A stretch of 64,000 nucleotides of DNA. It comes from Paragordius varius. Its lineage: Eukaryota > Animalia > Nematomorpha. Positions 1 to 13,900 of the stretch are shown here, in pieces (positions within the stretch are counted from its first letter, which is position 1; each line of letters begins with the position of its first letter). A program made the position numbers and the translations under genes. Under the pieces are notes generated by a model that saw only the letters and a list, made by a program, of their open reading frames with translations, was not told the DNA's origin and did no database searches. Where the stretch lies: positions 10,049,836 through 10,113,835 of the forward strand of contig OZ176055.1 in assembly GCA_964247055.1 (NCBI GenBank), given 5' to 3'.

Positions 1-198
1 AAGAATTAATTAAATTAGTCCGTTTTTATATTTATAACATTATTGTTGAGCTCATGGTGTGACATTAAATTTGTTGTCCATTTTTTATATGTAGAAATTG
101 AGTAGATGTATTTAATTTTTAACAAGATCTGGGAACATTTTATATAGAAAAAGGTTAAGATCTCCATTAAATGCCAGAATACATTATAAATGACTATA

Positions 199-1668
199 TT
201 ATAAAGATTTATTATTGGACAAATTGGTTTTAGTTTTGTCATTAACATTTTTACATGTTACGACATTCCACCAACTTGTGATGGCGTGTAAAACGTGAGC
301 CCTATAAGCCTTGTTGAATAAAACATTCAAGTAAAAAGTTATACAAATATACACATATTCAAGCATGTAAGAGATGAGCCAAGCGCTGTGTAAATAAGCT
401 ACGGACAGCTTATCGTGTAGTATGGCGGCCACAATGTGGAAAATACCGCTAGGTAAAAGGAATAATAGGAATTGCACCATAAAAATTAGCATTGAAATGC
501 GATTCTTCTTTATGTCTGAACGACGCTTTTCCATTAACGTATTACTGACACTAAAGCCCGAAGTGTTTATGCGTGAGCCCTCTTCACCTTCTGTTTTAGA
601 GCGTTCGTTTGCATTACTAATCTCTGGTGGTGGTTTAGTTTGAAACAATTCGCTACGTTCTTGAGTTTTAGTAGAGGGTTGTACTTTAGTTTTTATCGCT
701 GTATTTATGGTTGGTAATGTGTTGTTAATGTTATTCATGTTTGCACCAGTCGAAAATATTTGATGACGGCGTCTGAGAACCATAAATTGCATAACTATAA
801 GCGTAAAAAATGGAATAAATTTGGCACAAAACTCACGGACGATTTGATAACTGATCCACATGTTAGTTTGCCGAACGGTATCAAATGTACGCGGTAATCT
901 TTCATACCTAACGTATGAATTATTATGCGTGGCTGGATTCAATCTTTTCCTTAGGCACTCTACACCAACTAGCTTATACCACAGTGTCATAGGGATGCTC
1001 CAAGCACAAGCATACACGAAACAAGCTAGTAGAGCGTATCGAGCGGTCCGTACATTACTAAACTTTTTATACTTGTAGGGCGTTATGACGGCCAAAAAGG
1101 TATCAACCGAAAATAGGAATGTTATGAGAAAACTGTACACCAAGAAAACTTTGAATATGGGCACATGGTAATGAACAATATAAATGTTCCATCGTTTGTT
1201 GTAGGCCAAATTAAGCTTGGCATCAAATGTGGTGTCAAGCAGGGGCCAAACTATCATAAGTAGCGAATTGATAAGATTTATAGTGTACAGAGCTCTCATA
1301 AGTACATAATCAGCTCTTTGGGTTAACATATGCATCGTTTTTTTCCGATTTGTATCGGATGATGTATTCTTAGAGCTGTTTTTATTCTTTGGGTCACTAA
1401 AATTTTTAGTTTTTCCTGTGAGTTGTCGATACAAAATCCGATATTTTGGCAGAAATCTACGTTTTCCCCAGCTAAGATTAACGCAAAGGCCCAAAAAATT
1501 ACCCAATAAGCCCAAAACGATGATAAAAGGTATCAGATAAAAATAGGTTAGATTCGTCAACTTTGTCCGAAATTCTAGTTCACGACAAAATGGTAAACCT
1601 GAATTTGAGTTGGAATTATTGTGAGACCAGACCAGTTTTTTAACTGTAATATATTCGCCCATATGCAA
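199..1668 (-). CDS. Intronless class A (rhodopsin-like) 7TM GPCR, FMRFamide/peptide-receptor-like, 489 aa
   Basis: Seven hydrophobic segments: TM1 ending GLLGN, TM3 ending SVDTFLAVITPYKY (DRY position = DTF, followed by the usual LAV..P..Y), TM4 AWSIP, TM5 KFIPFFTL, long ICL3, TM6 FLLFLLP, TM7 followed by FNKAYR helix 8. Subfamily is inferred from motif style only. Confidence 0.85.
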   Translation of the reverse strand: MHMGEYITVKKLVWSHNNSNSNSGLPFCRELEFRTKLTNLTYFYLIPFIIVLGLLGNFLGLCVNLSWGKRRFLPKYRILYRQLTGKTKNFSDPKNKNSSKNTSSDTNRKKTMHMLTQRADYVLMRALYTINLINSLLMIVWPLLDTTFDAKLNLAYNKRWNIYIVHYHVPIFKVFLVYSFLITFLFSVDTFLAVITPYKYKKFSNVRTARYALLACFVYACAWSIPMTLWYKLVGVECLRKRLNPATHNNSYVRYERLPRTFDTVRQTNMWISYQIVREFCAKFIPFFTLIVMQFMVLRRRHQIFSTGANMNNINNTLPTINTAIKTKVQPSTKTQERSELFQTKPPPEISNANERSKTEGEEGSRINTSGFSVSNTLMEKRRSDIKKNRISMLIFMVQFLLFLLPSGIFHIVAAILHDKLSVAYLHSAWLISYMLEYVYICITFYLNVLFNKAYRAHVLHAITSWWNVVTCKNVNDKTKTNLSNNKSL

Positions 1669-2634
1669 TGATATTGGGGAGAAAGAATGATAATAACTTT
1701 AAAAAATTATTTATTTCCTACTAAAATAAAAAAGATGGGTAGTTTAGCCAAAAATTATCCAATTATGTTAAGATACACATTAATTATAATGATGTAAATG
1801 ATTTATTTAATAAAATAATAATATAATTAGCTATAATTGCATGTTTTATAATGATAATTTTAATTCAAAATAATTGTATACGAGATATTGATTTTGGATT
1901 TTCACCTGTGTAAGTACCGCGTATGTATTTTTACATTTTTAATTTTGAAAGGGATTAATTGTTATTTTTTGGCTTCTCTCTTTCAAGCAGTTAATTTGGG
2001 AATTCGTTAATAAGGTTTAATAGCAAATACATTTAAAGTTTTTATCCATAAAAAAATTATTTTCTATCAAAAAACTACATCTAATTAAAGTCTATTAACA
2101 ACAGAATAACTTATAAATTTGGATATTGCGTGTAATATATAAATAAAGTATTTTGCCAAATATTGTTCAAAAGGCATATATGCCGCTGCATTTTAAAACA
2201 AATTTATCTCATTTGGATAAATATTATGTAATTGTTTAATTATTTTAATATCATCAATAATATTATCCCTTTTCTGTAATATGAGAATCTCTTCACTATG
2301 TAACAAAAGGTAAATTTATTTATATGAAAGCAGAAACCATAATCCTAATAATGACTAATAATATGATAACATTTCTATCAAAAAATATACCGTGTAAAAT
2401 GAAATTATACGGAGAAAGCGTAAAATATACAGAAAAATATTTTTTTTTCAAATAAAAACCATAGTTGTTAGTGTTAATTTTCAGTTTATTTTCAAATTTT
2501 AAGTTGGAATTTCATGAATGTCAATTAACTTTAATTTAAATTCGTATAAACAACTGCATTTATACCAAAATTGCAAAGGTGGATATATATATACGAAATT
2601 AAAATGTGAAAACCCCAAGTAGTCAAATGGTTGT

Positions 2635-2677
2635 GTCGTACTAATGAGTACTAACAAGCACGAAACTAGTTTATGAT
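2635..2677 (+). ncRNA. Degenerate minimal type I hammerhead ribozyme
   Basis: GTCGTA-CTAATGA-GTACTAACAAGCAC-GAAA-CTAG-TT-TATGAT. Helix I GUCGUA/UAUGAU (two G.U), core CUAAUGA (one change from CUGAUGA), partly broken helix II, GAAAC, palindromic helix III (AACTAGTT), GUU cleavage triplet. Confidence 0.55.
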
Positions 2678-3973
2678 TACTATTGACGAAACGGTTTTAC
2701 ATAATATTTATAATTTCTGTTAATAAATATAATTTTTAATTTTCTAATTAATATTCGTTTGTCATTTTTTTACGGATTTAACAAACGTTATTACAAAACA
2801 TAATCAATCAGTCATTTACCATTTCAAATTTATTAAATTTAAATGATTGTTTAACATTATATTCAATAGAGGTGTCTATTGTACATTCAATTACACTAGA
2901 CAACAAATTTTATTTTTCTTAAACTGCCATTCTTATAAATTTAAAATTTATTTCATAAAATTCACAAATACCATATCTGAAAATAAAATTGGTCCAACTA
3001 GCCATGTATTATATATCGATCGAAAGAGGGCGAAAAACTGTATCTGTCGAATGGTAGTTTGTCATATCTGATATAAAAGTTTTTGGATTTATATGGTGAA
3101 AATTTTCAACCCTTAAATAAGTCAAATTTGACAGACAAACTAATTTAAAAATAATATAAGTTAATTGGATAATTTATTGGGGTATTATTATAAAATTAAT
3201 AAAAAAAATCTTTAAAAAAACTTTTGGTTTTTTAATTAAAATTATTATTAGAATTATGCATAGTGAATTTAATGGTTATAACAGATCAAGAATATCTTAA
3301 CCTATATTTTTATTCTTTAAAATTTTAAAATTATAAGCTTTTTAAAAAATTAAATTAATATTGATGAGATGGTAATTTTTAAAAATCGAAAAACTTAAAA
3401 ATGGCTGTTTTTAATGACATAAAAGCAATAAATAAATGTTTTAATCAACTTCTTTGATCTTTTTTGGACATTCATTGCCATCTAGACAAAGTTTGAGCTA
3501 TTTTTATCCATTAGTATAATAATATATTAACTAATAAAAAAGCTCTCACTTCGCGCGTTTGTCGCTTATTATTATATTCAATATTAACTATTGATGTAAA
3601 ACATATTAGTATGCATTTTATAGAGATTTTTAATACTCTTTTAAATTATATATTTGGGCATTTGTTGTATATTTATAAAGGAAAACATTTTTTAGTAAAA
3701 TTAATGAGGGCGCATAATCAAAAAATCAAATTATACTCTTAAAATGATAGTTAATATCAGAAAATGCAAAAATTGTAATAGTTAAAAACAAAACAAAAAA
3801 GTTTAAGGGACTTGATATCTTCAAGCACCAACTTGAAGTGTTAAACGACACATTAGAAATGCTATTGGACATCCAAATATTATTAAATTTAAAAAATATA
3901 ATCATAAATGTACCCCTATTTTGCGTTTTCGCAATTACAATGACATAACTACCGCACAAATATATTTATTATA

Positions 3974-4258
3974 CAGTAAAAACTCAAATTATAGGGACAA
4001 AACGTAAAAATATAAAGACAATTATTTTCTACTAAAAGACAACCACCATACTTTTTAAATATAAATTTTTTTCTATATATATTTCGTTACAATTATTATA
4101 AATATATACAGGAACGTGTTACCAATTTATATATATACATATATCTATATATAAATAAATTATAATTTTAATTCGAGATAAAAAGGTTTTCTGTTTTTTA
4201 GAAAAAAATATTTGTCTTTATATTTTAACGTTTTGTCCGTATAATTTTAATTTTTACT
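3974..4258. mobile_element. Tc1/mariner-type MITE (family A), ~290 bp
   Basis: TA-CAGTAAAAA...GGACAAAACGTAAAAATATAAAGACAA at the left end, with its inverse ...TTGTCTTTATATTTTAACGTTTTGTCCGTATAATTTTAATTTTTACTA-TA at the right; ~55-bp TIRs flanked by TA. Confidence 0.75.
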
Positions 4259-4941
4259 ATATATATATATATATATATATTAGCATATCAATTCAAAATA
4301 AAGCTTTATTACAGGGGCGTCCAACACAAATATCTTCGCGGCTGCTTTACACAACAATTTTTGTTCTATTTTAAGCTCAATTTCGGATAATATATCATCT
4401 AAATAATCTTAATTTTTGATTGAAATTTAATTTAATATATTTAACATTTTTTGGGGCATTTTGAATACCGAAAAAAGTGGACACTGGTTTAAAAAATATG
4501 GATATCCTTATATAAAAATATTTGCCATAAGTTTTTACGTTTTTTCTATAATTTTAATTTTTAAGAAAGGTGCAATCAACACAAGATAGTTTTGGTTTTA
4601 ATTTATAAATCTTGCCAATAACTTTGATATCAATTGCAAAAAATATTAGTGTTCTAAAAAATAAAGGGTATCGGAATCGCTATCTGCTCTAATTAATCTT
4701 TGACAAGACACGAAAAATAGATTGTAAAACATAACATCATCATATCTCAATATATTATATATGATTAAATTATTTATTTTTTTGTATGATATAGTGACCC
4801 CATTTTTGGGGGTTAATGATGGATAATAAAACATTAATTAAATAATGGTTATAACAAAATTATTTTAAAAATAAGAATTTTTAGTGAGAGAGCTCTATTG
4901 GAATTATAGGAAAAGGATAAAATGTGTTTTATTATTAGATG

Positions 4942-7900
4942 TTTTGATGTAACTGGCTTTATGGATTATCATAGATAGAGTTTACATCCATCCGTCACCG
5001 AAACCACCCCTTTTCAGTATTAGGATAGATGGAGTTAGGAATGTTGGAGAACTGATTTTGATATAACTGTGTTAATGGATTATCGTATTTGAGTTTACAT
5101 CCATCCGTGACCGAAACCACCCCTTTTCAGTATTAGGATAGATGGAGTTAGTGTTGGACAACTGATTTTCATGTAACTGTGTTAATGGATTATCGTATTA
5201 GAGTTTACATCCATCCGTCACCGAAACCACCCCTTTTCAGTATTAGGATAGATGGAGTTAGGAATGTTGGAGAACTGATTTTGATGTAACTGTGTTAATG
5301 GATTATCGTATTAGAGTTTACATCCATCCGTCACCGAAACCACCCCTTTTCAGTATTAGGATAGATGGAGTTGGGAATGTTGGAGAACAGATTTTGATGT
5401 AACTGTGTTAATGGATTATCATATTAGAGTTTACATCCATCCGTCACCGAAACCACCCCTTTTCAGTATTAGGATAGATGGAGTTAGGAATGTTGGAGAA
5501 CTGATTTTGATGTAACTGTGTTAATGGATTATCGTATTAGAGTTTACATCCATCCGTCACCGAAACCACCCCTTTTCAGTATTAGGATAGATGGAGTTAG
5601 GAATGTTGGACAACTGATTTTGATGTAACTGTGCTATTGGATTATCGTATATTAAGTTTACATCCATCCGTCACCGAAACCACCCCTTTTCAATATTAGG
5701 ATAGATGGAGTTAAGAATGTTGGACAACTGATTTTGATGTAACTGTGCTATTGGATTATCGTATATAGAGTTTACATCCATCCGTCACCGAAACCACCCC
5801 TTTTCAGTATTAGGATAGATGGAGTTAGTAATGTTGGACAACTGATTGATGTAACTGTGCTATTGGATTATCGTATATAGAGTTTACATCCATCCGTCAC
5901 CGAAACCACCCCTTTTCAGTATTAGGATAGATGGAGTTAGTAATGTTGGACAACTGATTTTGATGTAACTGTGCTATTGGATTATCGTATATAGAGTTTA
6001 CATCCATCCGTCACCGAAACCACCCCTTTTCAGTATTAGGATAGATGGAGTTAGGAATGTTGGAGAACTGATTTTGAAGTAACTGTGTTAATGGATTATC
6101 GTATTTGAGTTTACATCCATCCGTGACCGAAACCACCCCTTTTCAGTATTAGGATAGATGGAGTTAGGAATGTTGGACAACTGATTTTCATGTAACTGTG
6201 TTAATGGATTATCGTATTAGAGTTTACATCCATCCGTCACCGAAACCACCCCTTTTCAGTATTAGGATAGATGGAGTTAGGCATGTTGGACAACTGATTT
6301 TGATGTAACTGTGTTAATGGATTATCGTATTAGAGTTTACATCCATCCGTAACCGAAACCACCCCTTTTCAGTATTAGGATAGATGGAGTTAGGAATGTT
6401 GGACAACTGATTTTCATGTAACTGTGTTAATGGATTATCGTATTAGAGTTTACATCCATCCGTCACCGAAACCACCCCTTTTCAGTATTAGGATAGATGG
6501 AGTTAGGACAACTGATTTTGGAACTGTGTTAATGGATTATCGTATTTGAGTTTACATCCATCCGTAACCGAAGCCACACCTTTTCAGTATTAGGATAGAT
6601 GGAGTTAGGCATGTTGGACAACTGATTTTGATGTAACTGTGTTAATGGATTATCGTATTAGAGTTTACATCCATCCGTAACCGAAACCACCCCTTTTCAG
6701 TATTAGGATAGATGGAGTTAGGAATGTTGGACAACTGATTTTCATGTAACTGTGTTAATGGATTATCGTATTAGAGTTTACATCCATCCGTCACCGAAAC
6801 CACCCCTTTTCAGTATTAGGATAGATGGAGTTAGGACAACTGATTTTGGAACTGTGTTAATGGATTATCGTATTTGAGTTTACATCCATCCGTCACCGAA
6901 ACCACCCCTTTTCAGTTTTAGGATAGATGGAGTTCGGAATGTTGGACAACTGATTTCGATGTAACTGTGTTATTGGATTATCGTATATTAAGTTTACATC
7001 CATCCGTCACCGAAACCACCCCTTTTCAGTATTAGGATAGATGGAGTTAGATGTTGGACAACTGATTTTGATGTAACTGTGCTATTGGATTATCGTATAT
7101 AGAGTTTACATCCATCCGTCACCGAAACCACCCCTTTTCAGTATTAGGATAGATGGAGTTAGTAATGTTGGACAACTGATTTTGATGTAACTGTGTTATT
7201 GGATTATCGTATATAGAGTTTACATCCATCCGTCACCGAAATCACCCCTTTTCAGTATTAGGATAGATGGAGTTAGGAATGTTGGACAACTGATTTTCAT
7301 GTAACTGTGTTAATGGATTATCGTATTAGAGTTTACATCCATCCGTCACCGAAACCACCCCTTTTCAGTATTAGGATAGATGGAGTTAGGAATGTTGGAG
7401 AACTGATTTTGATGTAACTGTGTTAATGAATTATCGTATTTGAGTTTACATCCATCCGTCACCGAAACCACCCCTTTTCAGTATTAGGATAGATGAAGTT
7501 AGGAATGTTGGACAACTGATTTTCATGTAACTGTGTTAATGGATTATCGTATTAGAGTTTACATCCATCCGTCACCGAAACCACCCCTTTTCAGTATTAG
7601 GACAGATGGAGTTAGGAATGTTGGACAACTGATTTTGATGTAGTGTTAATGGATTATCGTATTAGAGTTTACATCCATCCGTAACCGAAACCACCCCTTT
7701 TCAGTATTAGGATAGATGGAGTTAGGAATGTTGGACAACTGATTTTCATGTAACTGTGTTAATGGATTATCGTATTAGAGTTTACATCCATCCGTCACCG
7801 AAACCACCCCTTTTCAGTATTAGGATAGATGGAGTTAGGCATGTTGGACAACTGATTTTGATGTAACTGTGTTAATGGATTATCGTATTAGAGTTTACAT

Positions 7901-10900
7901 CCATCCGTAACCGAAACCACCCCTTTTCAGTATTAGGATAGATGGAGTTAGGAATGTTGGACAACTGATTTTCATGTAACTGTGTTAATGGATTATCGTA
8001 TTAGAGTTTACATCCATCCGTCACCGAAACCACCCCTTTTCAGTATTAGGATAGATGGAGTTAGGAATGGACAACTGATTTTGGAACTGTGTTAATGGAT
8101 TATCGTATTTGAGTTTACATCCATCCGTAACCGAAGCCACACCTTTTCAGTATTAGGATAGATGGAGTTAGGAATGTTGGACAACTGATTTTGATGTAAC
8201 TGTGTTAGATTATCGTATTTGAGTTTACATCCATCCGTCACCGAAACCACCCCTTTTCAGTTTTAGGATAGATGGAGTTAGGAATGTTGGACAACTGATT
8301 TTGATGTAACTGTGTTAATGGATTATCGTATATAGAGTTTACATCCATCCGTCACCGAAATCACCCCTTTTCAGTATTAGGATAGATGGAGTTAGGAATG
8401 TTGGACAACTGATTTTGATGTAACTGTGTTAGATTATCGTATTTGAGTTTACATCCATCCGTCACCGAAACCACCCCTTTTCAGTTTTAGGATAGATGGA
8501 GTTCGGAATGTTGGACAACTGATTTCGATGTAACTGTGTTATTGGATTATCGTATATTAAGTTTACATCCATCCGTCACCGAAACCACCCCTTTTCAGTA
8601 TTAGGATAGATGGAGTTAGATGTTGGACAACTGATTTTGATGTAACTGTGCTATTGGATTATCGTATATAGAGTTTACATCCATCCGTCACCGAAACCAC
8701 CCCTTTTCAGTATTAGGATAGATGGAGTTAGTAATGTTGGACAACTGATTTTGATGTAACTGTGTTATTGGATTATCGTATATAGAGTTTACATCCATCC
8801 GTCACCGAAATCACCCCTTTTCAGTATTAGGATAGATGGAGTTAGGAATGTTGGACAACTGATTTTGATGTAACTGCGTTAGATTATCGTATTTGAGTTT
8901 ACATCCATCCGTCACCGAAACCACCCCTTTTCAGTTTTAGGATAGATGGAGTTCGGAATGTTGGACAACTGATTTCGATGTAACTGTGTTATTGGATTAT
9001 CGTATATTAAGTTTACATCCATCCGTCACCGAAACCACCCCTTTTCAGTATTAGGATAGATGGAGTTAGGAATGTTGGACAACTGATTTTGATGTAACTG
9101 TGCTATTGGATTATCGTATATAGAGTTTACATCCATCCGTCACCGAAACCACCCCTTTTCAGTATTAGGATAGATGGAGTTAGGAATGTTGGACAACTGA
9201 TTTTGATGTAACTGTGTTATTGGATTATCGTATATAGAGTTTACATCCATCCGTCACCGAAACCACCCCTTATCAGTATTAGGATAGATGGAGTTAGGAA
9301 TGTTGGACAACTGATTTTGATGTAACTGTGCTATTGGATTATCGTATATTAAGTTTACATCCATCCGTCACCGAAACCACCCCTTTTCAGTTTTAGGATA
9401 GATGGAGTTAGTAATGTTGGACAACTGATTTTGATGTAACTGTGCTATTGGATTATCGTATATTAAGTTTACATCCATACGTCACTGAAACCACCCCTTT
9501 TCAGTATTAGGATAGATGGAGTTAGGAATGTTGGACAACTGATTTCGATGTAACTGTGTTAATAGATTATCGTATATTAAGTTTACATCCATCTGTCACC
9601 GAAACCACCCCTTTTCAGTATTAGGATAGATGGAGTTAGGAATGTTGGACAACTGATTTCGATGTAACTGTGTTAATAGATTATCGTATATTAAGTTTAC
9701 ATCCATCTGTCACCGAAACCACCCCTTTTCAGTATTAGGATAGATGGAGTTAAGAATGTTGGACAACTGATTTTGATGTAACTGTGCTATTGGATTATCG
9801 TATATTAAGTTTACATCCATACGTCACTGAAACCACCCCTTTTCAGTATTAGGATAGATGGAGTTAGGAATGTTGGACAACTGATTTTGATGTAACTGTG
9901 CTATTGGATTATCGTATATAGAGTTTACATCCATCCGTCACCGAAACCACCCCTTTTCAGTATTAGGATAGATGGAGTTAGGAATGTTGGACAACTGATT
10001 TTGATGTAACTGTGCTATTGGATTATCGTATATAGAGTTTACATCCATCCGTCACCGAAACCACCCCTTTTCAGTATTAGGATAGATGGAGTTAGTAATG
10101 TTGGACAACTGATTTTGATGTAACTGTGTTAATGGATTATCGTATATAGAGTTTACATCCATCCGTCACCGAAACCACCCCTTTTCAGTATTAGGATAGA
10201 TGGAGTTAAGAATGTTGGACAACTGATTTTGATGTAACTGTGCTATTGGATTATCGTATATTAAGTTTACATCCATACGTCACTGAAACCACCCCTTTTC
10301 AATATTAGGATAGATGGAGTTAGGAATGTTGGACAACTGATTTTGATGTAACTGTGTTAATGGATTATCGTATATTAAGTTTACATCCATCCGTCACCGA
10401 AACCACCCCTTTTCAATATTAGGATAGATGGAGTTAGGAATGTTGGACAACTGATTTTGATGTAACTGTGCTATTGGATTATCGTATATTAAGTTTACAT
10501 CCATCCGTCACCGAAACCACCCCTTTTCAGTATTAGGATAGATGGAGTTAGGAATGTTGGACAACTGATTTTGATGTAACTGTGCTATTGGATTATCGTA
10601 TATTAAGTTTACATCCATCCGTCACCGAAACCACCCCTTTTCAATATTAGGATAGATGGAGTTAGGAATGTTGGACAACTGATTTTGATGTAACTGTGCT
10701 ATTGGATTATCGTATATTAAGTTTACATCCATCCGTCACCGAAACCACCCCTTTTCAGTATTAGGATAGATGGAGTTAGGAATGTTGGACAACTGATTTT
10801 GATGTAACTGTGCTATTGGATTATCGTATATTAAGTTTACATCCATACGTCACTGAAACCACCCCTTTTCAATATTAGGATAGATGGAGTTAGGAATGTT

Positions 10901-13900
10901 GGACAACTGATTTTGATGTAACTGTGCTATTGGATTATCGTATATTAAGTTTACATCCATCCGTCACCGAAACCACCCCTTTTCAGTATTAGGATAGATG
11001 GAGTTAGTAATGTTGGACAACTGATTTTGATGTAACTGTGTTAATGGATTATCGTATATAGAGTTTACATCCATCCGTCACCGAAACCACCCCTTTTCAG
11101 TATTAGGATAGATGGAGTTAAGAATGTTGGACAACTGATTTTGATGTAACTGTGCTATTGGATTATCGTATATTAAGTTTACATCCATACGTCACTGAAA
11201 CCACCCCTTTTCAATATTAGGATAGATGGAGTTAGGAATGTTGGACAACTGATTTTGATGTAACTGTGTTAATGGATTATCGTATATTAAGTTTACATCC
11301 ATCCGTCACCGAAACCACCCCTTTTCAGTATTAGGATAGATGGAGTTAAGAATGTTGGACAACTGATTTTGATGTAACTGTGCTATTGGATTATCGTATA
11401 TTAAGTTTACATCCATCCGTCACCGAAACCCCCCTTTTCAATATTAGGATAGATGGAGTTAGGAATGTTGGACAACTGATTTTGATGTAACTGTGCTATT
11501 GGATTATCGTATATTAAGTTTACATCCATCCGTCACCGAAACCACCCCTTTTCAGTATTAGGATAGATGGAGTTAGGAATGTTGGACAACTGATTTTGAT
11601 GTAACTGTGTTAATGGATTATCGTATATTAAGTTTACATCCATTCGTCACCGAAACCACCCCTTTTCAGTATTAGGATAGATGGAGTTAAGAATGTTGGA
11701 CAACTGATTTTGATGTAACTGTGCTATTGGATTATCGTATATAGAGTTTACATCCATCCGTCACCGAAACCACCCCTTTTCAGTATTAGGATAGATGGAG
11801 TTAGGAATGTTGGACAACTGATTTTGATGTAACTGTGTTAATGGATTATCGTATATTAAGTTTACATCCATCCGTCACCGAAACCACCCCTTTTCAGTAT
11901 TAGGATAGATGGAGTTAAGAATGTTGGACAACTGATTTTGATGTAACTGTGCTATTGGATTATCGTATATTAAGTTTACATCCATCCGTCACCGAAACCC
12001 CCCTTTTCAATATTAGGATAGATGGAGTTAGGAATGTTGGACAACTGATTTTGATGTAACTGTGCTATTGGATTATCGTATATTAAGTTTACATCCATCC
12101 GTCACCGAAACCACCCCTTTTCAGTATTAGGATAGATGGAGTTAGGAATGTTGGACAACTGATTTTGATGTAACTGTGTTAATGGATTATCGTATATTAA
12201 GTTTACATCCATTCGTCACCGAAACCACCCCTTTTCAGTATTAGGATAGATGGAGTTAAAAATGTTGGACAACTGATTTTGATGTAACTGTGCTATTGGA
12301 TTATCGTATATTAAGTTTACATCCATCCGTCACCGAAACCCCCCTTTTCAATATTAGGATAGATGGAGTTAGGAATGTTGGACAACTGATTTTGATGTAA
12401 CTGTGCTATTGGATTATCGTATATTAAGTTTACATCCATCCGTCACCGAAACCACCCCTTTTCAGTATTAGGATAGATGGAGTTAGTAATGTTGGACAAC
12501 TGATTTTGATGTAACTGTGCTATTGGATTATCGTATATAGAGTTTACATCCATCCGTCACCGAAACCACCCCTTTTCAGTATTAGGATAGATGGAGTTAA
12601 GAATGTTGGACAACTGATTTTGATGTAACTGTGTTAATGGATTATCGTATATTAAGTTTACATCCATCCGTCACCGAAACCACCCCTTTTCAGTATTAGG
12701 ATAGATGGAGTTAAGAATGTTGGACAACTGATTTTGATGTAACTGTGCTATTGGATTATCGTATATTAAGTTTACATCCATCCGTCACCGAAACCACCCC
12801 TTTTCAATATTAGGATAGATGGAGTTAGGAATGTTGGACAACTGATTTTGATGTAACTGTGCTATTGGATTATCGTATATTAAGTTTACATCCATCCGTC
12901 ACCGAAACCACCCCTTTTCAATATTAGGATAGATGGAGTTAGGAATGTTGGACAACTGATTTTGATGTAACTGTGCTATTGGATTATCGTATATTAAGTT
13001 TACATCCATCCGTCACCGAAACCACCCCTTTTCAATATTAGGATAGATGGAGTTAAGAATGTTGGACAACTGATTTTGATGTAACTGTGCTATTGGATTA
13101 TCGTATATAGAGTTTACATCCATCCGTCACCGAAACCACCCCTTTTCAGTATTAGGATAGATGGAGTTAAGAATGTTGGACAACTGATTTTGATGTAACT
13201 GTGCTATTGGATTATCGTATATTAAGTTTACATCCATCCGTCACCGAAACCACCCCTTTTCAATATTAGGATAGATGGAGTTAGGAATGTTGGACAACTG
13301 ATTTTGATGTAACTGTGCTATTGGATTATCGTATATTAAGTTTACATCCATCCGTCACCGAAACCACCCCTTTTCAATATTAGGATAGATGGAGTTAGGA
13401 ATGTTGGACAACTGATTTTGATGTAACTGTGCTATTGGATTATCGTATATTAAGTTTACATCCATCCGTCACCGAAATCACCCCTTTTCAATATTAGGAT
13501 AGATGGAGTTAGGAATGTTGGACAACTGATTTTGATGTAACTGTGTTAATGGATTATCGTATATTAAGTTTACATCCATCCGTCACCGAAACCACCCCTT
13601 TTCAATATTAGGATAGATGGAGTTAGGAATGTTGGACAACTGATTTTGATGTAACTGTGTTAATGGATTATCGTATATTAAGTTTACATCCATCCGTCAC
13701 CGAAACCACCCCTTTTCAGTATTAGGATAGATGGAGTTAGGAATGTTGGACAACTGATTTTGATGCAACTGTGTTAATAGATTATCGTATATTAAGTTTA
13801 CATCCATCCGTCACCGAAACCACCCCTTTTCAGTATTAGGATAGATGGAGTTAGTAATGTTGGACAACTGATTTTGATGTAACTGTGCTATTGGATTATC

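Noticed and set aside
3525-3570. Minus-strand Helitron 3' end (GCGCGAAG...TTAGT)
   Set aside because: The hairpin is weak and the terminus is TTAG rather than CTAG; a similar weak case lies at ~48470-48510.
4311-4345. hAT element starting CAGGGGCGTCCAAC
   Set aside because: Only one end is visible; no matching inverse TIR or TSD was found.
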